A stretch of 64,000 nucleotides of DNA. Source: an uncultured Candidatus Micrarchaeota archaeon (lineage in GTDB: Archaea; Micrarchaeota; Micrarchaeia; Anstonellales; Bilamarchaeaceae). Shown piece after piece: positions 10,101-21,300 of the stretch. Below the pieces are notes generated by a model. It was not told the origin of the DNA. It saw only the letters and a program-made list of their open reading frames with translations, and did no database searches. The translations under genes and the position numbers were made by a program. The stretch covers positions 32,001-96,000 of the forward strand of contig OY970229.1 in assembly GCA_963714085.1 (NCBI GenBank). The letters run 5' to 3'. Numbering within the stretch: position 1 is the first letter of the stretch; each line of letters starts with the position of its first letter.

Positions 10101-13100
10101 GACGAGAACGCGCCCGAGGCGTTCGCGGCGCCGTTCACGAACCATGTGTAGTTTATCGCATAGGCGCCTGGGCCGGCCGGGGTGATGCCGCAGTAGCCGG
10201 CTATCCCGGAGACGGTGCTCGCGTCGAGCGTCCCGGCCGGGCTGGTCGTCACGTTCAGGGCCGTCGCGTTCAGCGAGCCGCGGTTTGTGAGCGGAAGGTA
10301 GTCCACGCTCGGGCCGCCGGGGACGGGGTATGTAGTATTCCCGATGCCGCTTCCATCGGTGCACACTCCGGCATAATCCGAATACCAGTTCCCTCCGGTG
10401 CAGCTGCCTCCTACGATGTTCCGGTTCGAGCAGTCCTCGGTCTTGTTCCAGGAGTCCGCGCCGTCGTCATGGGCCACCCCCTGGCTCCCTGTGGCGTTGA
10501 AGACGTTGTTGTAGACGAAACTGTTCGGGGACGCTGTCACGTATGCCTGGTATGCCGAATTGTTGTAGGCGGTGTTGCCGGCGAGGGTGCTGCTGGAGGC
10601 GCCGCTGATGTAGAAGCCGTATTGCGAGTTGTCGTAGGCGATGTTGCTGGCGAGCCTGTTGCCGGTGCTGTCGATGTAGCCGCCTTGGAGGAGGAAGCCG
10701 TCCACGGAATCATAAGCGATGTTGTTGGTGATGCTGTTGTGGTTGGAATTGGAGTCCACGAAGAAGTCGTATTGCGAGTCGTCGTGGGCGACGTTGCCCG
10801 TGATGTTGCTGTCCGAGCATCCGCTCAGGTAGAAGCCGTATGGCGAGCCGTAGGAGGTGTCGGAGACTAGGGCCGTGAAGTCCCCGGCGCCCAGGTCGAA
10901 ATCCTCTTCGGCATTGTTATGGGCCGTCACATTGCTTATCACGCTGCCGTTGAAAGCGCCCCCGTAGACGCCGTAGCTGTAGCCCGATATGCTGGGGCAG
11001 TTCTCCACAGTGACGTTGCTGATGGGGCCCATGGGGCTGAACAGCATGATGCCGTAAGTGTAGCCCGCGGTGCCGTTATTGGTGATGCTGTGGCCGTTGC
11101 AGTTGAAGACCACGTTAGACGTCGTGATGTCCACGCAGGCGGTGCCCGGCTCCGGGAGTACGGTGTTCGGCGCTCCGGTGTCGTCCGCGCTCTGGGTATA
11201 CGTGCCGCTCATGTTGATGATCGGGCAGTTGATCCGCACCGTGAAGCTCCTGGTGGCGCTCGTGCCGGTGTTGCCCGCGTGGTCGGTGCATTGGACGTAC
11301 CAGCTGTGGTTCCCGTCGCTTATGCCGCTGATTGTGAAAATTGCCGCGGTGTTGTTGGCCACCGAGGAGTTCGTTCTGGCTCAGGGCATTGTCCAGGAAG
11401 AGGGAGCAGCCCATGGTCGCGGACAAGGCGTCCGTTGCGGTGAAGCCGAAGGCCACCGTGGAGGAATTGAACGACGACCGGTCGGCCGGGGAGTTCAGGA
11501 TGACCGAAGGCGGGACGGTATCGACGCTGAAGGTGTTGGTTGCGCTTGTTTCCGTGTTGTTCGCGTTATCCGTGCACTGGATGTACCAGGAGTGGGTTCC
11601 GTCGGCGATGTGGCTGATCGTGAAGACGGTCGCGGTGCCGTTTGCCACCGAATGGTTGGTCTGGTTGAGCGCCCCGTCAAGGAATATGGAGCAGCCCGCG
11701 GTGGCCGAACGCCCGTTCATCAGGGTGAAATTGAAGGCCATGGAAGAGGCGCTCGAGAGCGAGCCATTGCCCGGGGCGTTTAGTATTATGTCCGGCATGC
11801 CGTTGAGTTCCAGGACGCCATAGACGGCATCCGCTGCGATGCCGGTTGCGGACAGCGAGTGGGCCATCGTGTTCGGCGAGGCGTTCAGCATCTGCCAGGA
11901 AGCTCCATAATCGAACAGCCTCAGCCAGCTCTCGTCATAGCCGTTGAGTTCCGAGGCGCTCCAGCTCCACACTGCGCTGTCTATGCTCGGAGTGCCGTTC
12001 ACCGCCCTTATAGCGACGAACTTCTGCGCGAAGCTGATGTCGCCGGGCGGCAGGGCGCTCGTGTTCGTGGACCACGAGATGGAATAGGCCTCGCCGGAGC
12101 TCACTGTGTCGTTGATGCTCAGCGTGGTGTAGTCCTGCATGGTGCCCGGAGGGCTGTCAAATACCACGCCCGAGAGGTTCAGGATGAGCGGGGAGCCGGA
12201 ATCGTCCTGCACCAGCACATCCGCGCCATTATCGGACAGGTGCATGCCCTGCACGAATGTATTGTTCGAGTCGTATACCAGCAACCCGGTATCGGAGTTG
12301 TTGGATGCGGTGTTGCCCAGGATATCGTTGCCTGGCGAGGAGATGATGTCGAAGCCGTCCGAAGAGCCGTATTCGGTATTGTTCGAGATGGTGTTATTGG
12401 TCGAGCCGCCATCCATCTGGAAGCAGGGGCCGTAGGCTGACATGGCATTCTCATTTATCACGCTGCTGTTGGCATCGGTGTAATGCATGCAGTTGGCGTT
12501 GTCGACGAGGGAGTTGTATCCGATGGTCTCGCTATCCGAATCATGGATCGCGACCGCCCAGCCGCCGTTATACGCGATGTTGTTGTCCTCCACTGTGTTG
12601 AAGTCGGAGTGGTTTTCGAATTTTATCGCCTCTGCGGCGGGGTTGTTCGAGACGTTGTTGTTCAGGACTATGTTGTGGCTGGATTGGGTCCCGAAATAGA
12701 TGCCGTTCCAGCTTCCGCCCGTGACGGTATTGCCGACGATCTGGTTGCCGCCGGAGTTGACCTCGAAGGAGAGGCCGCGGTCCTGGCTGCCGCCAAGCAC
12801 GCTGTGGGTGATGGTATTGTCAACCGATCCGTTGGTAAACTCGAAGCCGGAGTAGCCGTTATCCGATGCGGTGTCGTTCGAGAACTGGTCGAACTCGCTG
12901 CCGACCATGTAGAAACCGAAAGCGTTCCCGGACGCGTTGTCATTGGTGAAGACGCTGTTGGCCGACTGGTAGACGTATATCCCGTCCGTGTAATTGGATA
13001 TGCCGGGGCAGTTCTTCACAGTGACGTTGCCTACCGTGTTCAAGAATATGCCGAAGGTCGTTCCAGATGCCCCCCCGGCGTTGATGCTGTGCCCCGCGCA

Positions 13101-15260
13101 GTCGAAGACCACGTTGGACGAAGCGATTTCGACGCACGCCAGATCCCCGCCGGATATCACCGAGGCGTCATTGGGCGCCCCCACGTAATTGGCTGGCTGG
13201 GTGTACGTTCCCGGAGAGGTTATGATCGGGCAGTAGTTCTCCACGATAAGGCGCCTCGCCGCGCTGGTTCCCGTGTTGCCTGCATTATTCGTGCACTTCA
13301 CATACCACGTATGGTTTCCATCGGGTATGCTATTGACCTGGAAGACGGTCGCGAGGTCGTTGGGAGTATAAGCGTTAGTCTGGCTGAGGACGTTGTCCAG
13401 GAAAAGCGAGCAGCCCATCGTCGCGGAGAGGTTGTCGATCGCAGTGAAGTCGAAGGCCACTGTGGATGAATTCGAGATAGATGAATCGGCCGGGGAGTTA
13501 AGGGTGACGGATGGGGTGGCCGTATCGATGATGAAGGCCACGGTGCTGTAATAGACCGCACCTTCGGTGGTATTCTCATAGACGGTAAGCGAATGATACC
13601 CTATGGGAAGCGAGCTCAGCGTCGTATTGCCACAGCCCGGAAGGGTGACGTTAGGGCCGTTATCCAGCGAATACCAGCAGGAGCTCTGGTTTATGGTCGA
13701 ATAATCCAGGGGGATGGAAGTGATGTTGTACGAAGAGCCCGACGGGCTCTGGATCGAGATGAAAAGGCCCAGGTTCTGCGTTTGCGTGGAAGCGACGATC
13801 CCCAATCCGGTTTCCCAGCAGGTTATGTTCCAGTTGTTCTGCATCCCTAACGGCACAGGGTAGGTCATCACGGTGGCGGTCCCGTTGTCCGCTGAAGTGG
13901 TATCGACTATCGCGCCGTTGATATTCAAGTCGCACGTCGAGGTCGGAGAAATCCTGTTGTTGACGCTGAAATTGAACACGGCCGGGCTGGTCGTGATCAC
14001 GTTCTGCGTTGGCGAGTTCACCGTGATCGTCGGGGCGAAATTAGGCGGTGTTACGCCATTGATGGAATCGGCTTCGACGCCGATGTCGAAACAGCCGAAA
14101 GCCGCCCGGAGGTAGCCGTTCTCGCCCCATCCGCTGCCCCAGCTGTTCTTTATTATCCAGTAGCTCGTGTTCGGGTTTCCCGTATCGTTGTAGCCGACCA
14201 GAACGACATCATGGTCCGTGAAGGTCGAAGGAGCGGCGCAGTTCAATATCCCCCCGCTGTAATACCATTCGCTCGCATCGGCCACGATATTGAGCGGGCC
14301 GTCATTGATGAGTATCTGCTCCAAAGCGGCGTTGCTGAGATCGGCATAATCCTGGAAGCCGGTTATGGTCCAATTCCTGTTCGCGTAGTCCGTGCATCTT
14401 TGAGAACATACGTCGGAGTCTCCACTAGACGTATGGTAGTCTCCATAAGGGAAGCAGGCATTATCGACCGTCCCGCTGGTTTCGTAATCCTGCAGCGCTT
14501 CAACGGGCCATCCGCCACTGCAACTCCCTGCATTGCCGCACGATATCTCGTCCTGCTCTGACAGGTAAGGCTGGAGCCTGGACTCGTTCATCACCATGTT
14601 GTATCTCGCTTCTACGGTGCCTATGGTCCCGAACGCCCAGCAGCTGCCGCACGCGCCCTGGTCCTTTATCGAGGTGATCCAACCCATGGAGGTGTTGAAA
14701 TAAGGGTAATTCGATGCTGCGTAGATGGTATTGGCCGGGGGGTTCCTCCAATCCCAGTATGAAAACTGAGTCGCATTATACGAGGACTGCATGGGTGCAG
14801 CTCGAGATACCGCGCCGACCATCTGGTTCAGCTGCGCTTTCACGGCTCCGGGGGCTATGCTGCCGCCGAGTTCGGAGCTCAGGTTCATCAAGTCCATGAC
14901 CGGAGTTCCGCTGGTAGTGCTCAACGCGCTGACGCCGCCCGGCGCCCGGGTGCAGGCGGCATATTTGTAATTGCCGTTTGACACGGTCGTGATCCCATAA
15001 CCGTTTTTTACGCAGTAGGAGAATTTCGCGCCGCATTCCCCGTTCAGGAAAGCCCATGCGTCGCACTGCGTCCCGTCAGGCATGGTGCAGACGCTGTATT
15101 CGTTCGAATTGGCATCGGTCTGGACCGCGTAACTGTAGCCGCCGTACCTGCTGTTCATCTCGTTGCAATAGACCGCCGAAGGGTTGGCCAGCGCGAAAAC
15201 CGTGCCGCAGGAGAGAACCATCAATACCAGGATCGCGGACAGATTTTTCATAGATGACAC
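7103..15260 (-). pseudogene. Giant secreted papain-like (C1A) protease/adhesin A: DUF333-C1A-Ig repeats-NosD beta-helices-DUF2341-LamG, split by a +1 frameshift near 11374
   Basis: ORFs 11115..15260 and 7103..11362 join on removing one base (CAG-A-ACG-AAC), restoring LSQTNSSVANNTAAIF as in sister repeats; catalytic QGACGSCWAF / DHDVVLVGY / KNSWG; could be a sequencing error; likely start ATG 15251. Confidence 0.75.
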
Positions 15261-15331
15261 ACCTTAGCATACCTTTTGCATAGACGACTACTCGCGCCTG
15301 TTCATGAAACATATCGGCAGATACGGTCTCC

Positions 15332-18300
15332 TCACGAGGGCTTTGGCTGCTCGGCCCCGAACACGACCCACCTGCTGGTGTTGGCCTCCATCTTGTAGCT
15401 CTGGCTTATCCACTGCGGGCTGAGCGAGGTGTTCAGCACCTCCACCTCGTCTATGGTGCCGTTCCATGACTGGGTGAGCTGCATGGCGTTGGAGCCGATG
15501 AAGAGGCTTTGGTTGTAGTTGTTTATCGTCCCGCTGGCCGCGGCGCTGCTCTGCAGGGTGCCGTTGACGTACAGGAGCATCGCCGAGCCGTTGTAGACGC
15601 CGACGACCTGCTCCCAGGTGCTGGTGCCCGCGGTCGTATTGCTGTATACCATGTCCTGCGCCCCGTTCAGCGTCAGCTCGAACGCATACTTGCTCGGCGT
15701 CCCGTCCAGGCTGAGGCCGTATTCCGTGTAGGGGGATGCGGCGCTGGTGTACGGCTTGTACATTATCTTGCCCCATGCGACCTTGCCTGCCTTCGAGTTC
15801 ACCCACGCCTCTATGGTGAGGTTGCCGCCGGAATGCAGGCTCGGCTTGTTGCTGCAGTTGACATAGCTGGCGCTTCCGCCCGCGAAACTGAGCGCGCCGT
15901 CTATCTTCCCGGTCGCGTTCAGCGCCACGCCTTTCCCAGCGCCGTTATCGGCGTGAGACGTGGAGTCCGGGGGATTTGCGTTCTGCATGTGCCACACGGC
16001 CATGTAATTCGGGTTCCACACGCCGCTGGCGTTCTGCCCTGAGCCGACTCCGGTGTTGTTCTTGAAATAGACAGAGATGGTGGTGCTCCCGGCGTTGAGG
16101 ACTGGGATGCCTATCCATATCGTGGCGTTCGTCGCCGTGTAGTTCTCTATCTCGTATGGCAGCAGGGTCCCGCCGTTGTTGCAGCTGGAGTTGTAGAACC
16201 GCAGGTCGTAGTAATTGGATTGCATGTCCGTGGTGTTCGTTATCACGACCAATGCCGGGAAGTTGGCCATCCTCGTGCCGCTGGCGTTGAGTATGGTTAT
16301 GTTCCTGCAGCTGCTGAAGGACGCGTTGGCCCACTGGCCCGGAGAGGACACGTTCACCGTGAAGCTCCTCGTCGCCGAGGCGCCGGAGTTGTTCGCATTG
16401 TCCTTGCACTGGACATACCAGGCGTGGTTCCCGTTGGCCATGTTGCTGAGCGTGAGGATCGTCGCGGTGTTATTGGCGGTCGAGGCGTTGGTCTGGCTGC
16501 TCACCCCGTCCAGGAATATGGAGCAGCTCATCAGCGGAGCCAGGTTGTCGATGGCCGTGAAGTTGAACGCCACGGTCGAGGTGTTGAATGCCGAGGCGTT
16601 GGCCGGGGAATTGAGGCTTACTATAGGTGCGGTTGTGTCCACGGTTAAGTTCCTGGTCGCGCTAGTGCCGGTATTGCCGGCCGAATCATTGCATGAGACG
16701 TACCAGGTGTGGGCTCCGTCCGGAGTGGATGCGCTGATTATCGTAGTGGTGTTCCTCTGGACCGATGCATTGGAGCCTATCTGCGAGCCGTCGCGGAACA
16801 GGGCGCAGCTCGTGGTCGATGAGAGTGCGTCCGTCGCAGTGAAGCTGAATGCTATTGTCGAGTAGTTGAGCAGGGCTCCGGAGGGTGGCGAATTGAGGGT
16901 GACCGCAGGAGCGGTTGTGTCCACCGTGAAATTGCTGGTCGCGCTCTTGCCGGTATTGCCGGCCGAATCATTGCATGAGACGTACCAGGTGTGGGCTCCG
17001 TCCGCAGTGGATGCGCTGATTACCGTCGTGGTGTTCCTCTGGACCGATGCATTGGAGCCTATCTGCGAGCCGTCACGGAACAGGGCGCAGCTCGTGGTCG
17101 ATGAGAGTGCGTCCGTCGCAGTGAAGCTGAATGCTATTGTCGAGTAGTTGAGCAGTGCTCCGGAGGGTGGCGAATTGAGGGCCACTGCCGGCGCGGTTGT
17201 GTCCACTGTGAAGCTCCTGGTCGCTGAGGAACCCATATTGTTGGAGCGGTCCCTGCACGCCACATACCAGGTGTGGGTCCCGTCCGGTATCCCTGAAACC
17301 GAGAACACCGTGTTTGTGGCGTTCTGGACTGATGCATTGGTCTGGTTCTGGACAGAGTCGATGAATATGGAGCAGTTCATCGTGCCATTGACCGCATCAG
17401 TCGCATTGAAGCTGAATCTCATGCTCGAGGCATTGCTGAGGGCTCCGGATGGCGGTGCGGTGAGGTTGACCACCGGAACGGATACGGTCCCCTGGAGTAT
17501 CCCATAGCTCCCTGGGACCAGGTTGGTGAGCGACAGGGTGTTCGCGACGATGTCCGGAGTGTTGTTCAGCATGGCCCAGCCGCTGGAATTGTAGCTCCAA
17601 AGCGCGAAACCGGTTTCGTTGTGCCCGGTTGCCTCCGCATCGGTCCAGCTCCACGTTATGGAACTGATGATTACCATGCTGTTGATCCTGGTGATATTCA
17701 CGAACTTCTGGGCGAACGGGCTCTGACCGGATGGAAGGGACGACGGATTGCCGGTCCAGGATATGCCATAAGCTTCGTTGATGGACAGGCTGTCGGCGAT
17801 GGACAGGTTGGTGTAGTTCTGCATGTTGCCCAGGGGGTTGTCGAAGATCAGGTTGGAGGCGTTCAATGCCATCTGGGGGCCGGCGTCATCCTGCATCTGC
17901 ATGTCCGGATTGTTCTTGAAGAAGTGCATCCCCTGCACTATCGTCAGAACGGTGTTGTGCACCAGCAGACCGGCATTGGAGTTGTTGAATGCGACGTCGT
18001 TAGAAAGCTGATTGGAGCTGCTGTTGTCCAGATAGAAGCCGTAGGCTCCGGACGAGTTGTCGCCCGTCAGATTGTTGTTGTCGCTCTGGTAGAGGTAGAA
18101 GCTGATCCCGGAGCTCGTTTTTGCGACGGAATTGAGGACCGTGTTGTTGGAGGTGGTTATGAGGAAAATGGCGGGGTATGTCGTGGAGGCTCCGGTGGAG
18201 CCGATGACGCTGTTGTTCGATCCTCCGCTCAGGTAGATGGCGTAGCTCGAGTTGGAGGTTCCGGTCGAGTTGATGACGGTGTCGTTGGAGGATAGGTAGA

Positions 18301-21300
18301 GCATGATGGCAGGGGACGAGTTGGAGATTCCGACGGAGTTGGCGAGCACATCGCTGGAGCACGAGTAGAAGAAGATGCCGTAGCCCGAGTTGGATGCTCC
18401 GATGGAGTTTATGATGGTGTTGTTGGGGCTGGATGATATGTAAGTGCCATAACCGGAACTTGCGTTCCCGGTGGAGTTGATGATGGTGTTGTTCGAGCTT
18501 GACATGAAATAGATGCCGCCCCCGGAATTCGTGGTTCCGATGGAGTTGATGATTGTGTCGTTGGAGCTTGACAAGAGATAGATCCCTTCGTCCGAGTTGG
18601 AGCTGGCGACGCAGTCCGCGATCGTGTCGTTTGAGCTCAAGTCGACGAAGATTCCGTAGCCCATATCGGTTGTTGCCGTGGTGTTGATGATTGCGTCGTT
18701 GGAGCTCAAGGCGAGGTAGATGACGACGCCCCCGCTGGAGTTCCCGGCGGAGTTCGCGATCGTGTCGTTGCCGGTGTAGGAGAGGTAGAATCCTGAACTG
18801 GGGTCGCTGTTGGCGCTGCAGCCGGTCAGCGTGTCATTGGGGCTTGAGTAGAGGTAGAAGCCGTAATAGGTGTTGTTGTTGGCGTTGTCGCCCGTGAGGA
18901 TGTTGCTGGAGCCAAAATAGAGCTCGAATCCGATATTCAGGTTCCCGTTGGCGCTATCGTTCGCGAGCACGTTGTTGTTGGAGCCGGAATACAGGACGAA
19001 GCCGGTATACCCGTTCCCGTAGGCACCATCGTTCGCGAGCATGTTGTTCGCCGAGCCGGTGTAAAGGTAGAATCCGTAATCCGTATTGTTGAAGGCAGAA
19101 TCCCCGGTCAGGTTGTTGAAGGTGCCTGCGGAGAGGTAGAAACCGTAGTAGCCGTTACCGTAGGCGGTGTCGTTGGCAAGGATGTTGTTGCTGGCGAAGA
19201 TCGCGAAGCCGTCGTTGGAAGCGCCGTAGGCGGTGTCGTTGGCCAGAAGGTCGTATCCGGAGCCGCTGATTGTGAAGTCGTAGTTGCTGCTGCCCTGGGC
19301 GATGTCGTTAGTCAGCGTGTTGTTGTTGGAGCCGGAGCCAAGGTTGAATCCGTTGCTGGAATTGGTTGCGATGTCGTTGGAGACCACGTTGTTCGAGCTG
19401 GAGTAGAGGCCGAAGGCATTGGTGGCGCCGGAGACGTTGTCGTTGCTCAGCACATTGTTGCTGCTGTAGTACAGGTAGACGCCGTCCATCAGATTTCCGT
19501 TGAGACCGTCATTTATGACGTAGGCGCTGTTCGCCTCATATTCATAGATGCCGACCCTGTAGCCGGATATGCCCTGGCAGTTCTGCACCGTCACGTTCGT
19601 GATGGGGCCGTCGATGAGTACGCCGTAGGAGGTGTTGCTGCCGTTGCCCGTGATGCCGAATCCGTTGCAGTCGAGGACCACGTTGGAGGCGGTTATCTTC
19701 ACGCAGGCGGAGCCGGTGAGAGGGGAAGCGTTGTTGGGCGCGCCGAAGAAGTTGGTGGTCATGGTGACGGTGCCGCTCGAGCTTATCACCGGGCACCCGG
19801 TCTGCATGCTGAAGTGCTGCGTCGCGCTCGTGCCGGTGTTGTTCGCGGCGTTGGTGCACTGGACGAGCCAGGAGTGGCTTCCGTCCGGGATATTGCTTAC
19901 TTGGAACGCGGTCGCGGTATCGACCATCGTCGAGGGATTGGTCTGGTTCAGTACGTTGTCCAGGAACAGGGAGCAATCCAGCGTGCTGGACTGGCTGTCC
20001 GTCGCAGTGAAGCTGAATGTCACGTTCGAGACGTTGAACACGGCCTGATCGGCCGGCGAGTTGAGGGTCACCGACGGGATGGTCGTGTCGACCGCGAAGC
20101 CGCTGGTGGCGCTCGTGCCCACGTTTCCCGCATCGTCGCTGCACGCCACGTACCAGGTGTGGTTTCCATAGGCTATGGCGCTGATCTGGAAGACGGTCGG
20201 GACGCCATTCATCGTATGGGCGTTGGTCTGGTTCAGGGCGTTGTCCAGGAACATGGAGCAGTCCATCGTCGATGAGAGATTGTCCGTCGCCGTGAAGTTG
20301 AAGGCGACTGTCGGCGAATGCGAGGTCGAGAGATCGGCCGGAGAGCTGAGGGTCACGAGCGGAGGTACCGTGTCGATCGTGAAATTCACACCGGCGTAGT
20401 GGATCGTTCCGTTGGTATCGTTATAAGAGACGACGAGGGAATGGATCCCGTCCGAAAGGGAATCGAGCGTGGTGTTGCCGCAGCCCGGCAGCATGACATC
20501 CGGGTTGCCATCCAGCGAATACCAGCAAGTGTCCGGATTCGCCGCGGCATAATCCAAGGGAAGGGAAGAGACGTTGTACGGAGAGGGCGAAGGGCTTTCG
20601 ATCGAGATGTAGAGGTTCAGGTTCTGCGTCGGTGTGGAGCTGACTATCCCGAATCCCGTCTCCCAGCACCGTATGCTCCAATTGACCTGCTCCCCGAACT
20701 GGGGCTGGTAGCTCAGCGTCGTGGGGATTCCGTTGCCCGCTAGAGTGGTATTGACTATCGCGCCATTGATGAGCAGGTCGCATGTCGAGGTGGGGGCTTT
20801 CCTGTTATTGACGGTGAAATTGAACTGGACCGGGCCGGAGTCGTAGACCTGCGTGGGCGAGTTCATCACGATAGCCGGTTTGAAATCCGGCGGCGTCACG
20901 CCTTTCGCATAATACGCCCAGAGGCCGACGCCATAGCAACCGAATTCCACCCTGATGTAGCCGTTCTCGCCCCATCCGCTGCCCCAGCTGTTCTTTATTA
21001 TCCAGTAGCTCGTGCTCGTGTTTCCCGTATCGTTGTAACCGACCAGGACCACGGCGTGGTCCATGTATGTGGAGGGCGAGGTGCAGGTCAATACGCCGCC
21101 GTAGTAGTACCATTGGCTCGCATCGACCAGGATGGTGAGCGGGCCGTTGTCGATGAGCATCTGCTCCAGCTGCGCGTTGGTCGGGCTCCCGGCGCTTTGC
21201 GAGCCGGTTATGGTCCAGGACCGGTTCGAGGAATCCGGGCAGATGTTCGAACAGGCGTTATTGGTCGCTGTGTAGGGGAAGCAGTTCTCATCCACCACGC

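Noticed and set aside
11360..11390. Programmed ribosomal frameshift or phase-variable tract
   Set aside because: No slippery heptamer, homopolymer or SSR at the site.
7930..17203. DGR template/variable repeat pair or CRISPR array
   Set aside because: Repeats are in-frame coding domains, mismatches do not appear adenine-specific, and there is no RT, spacer structure or cas gene.
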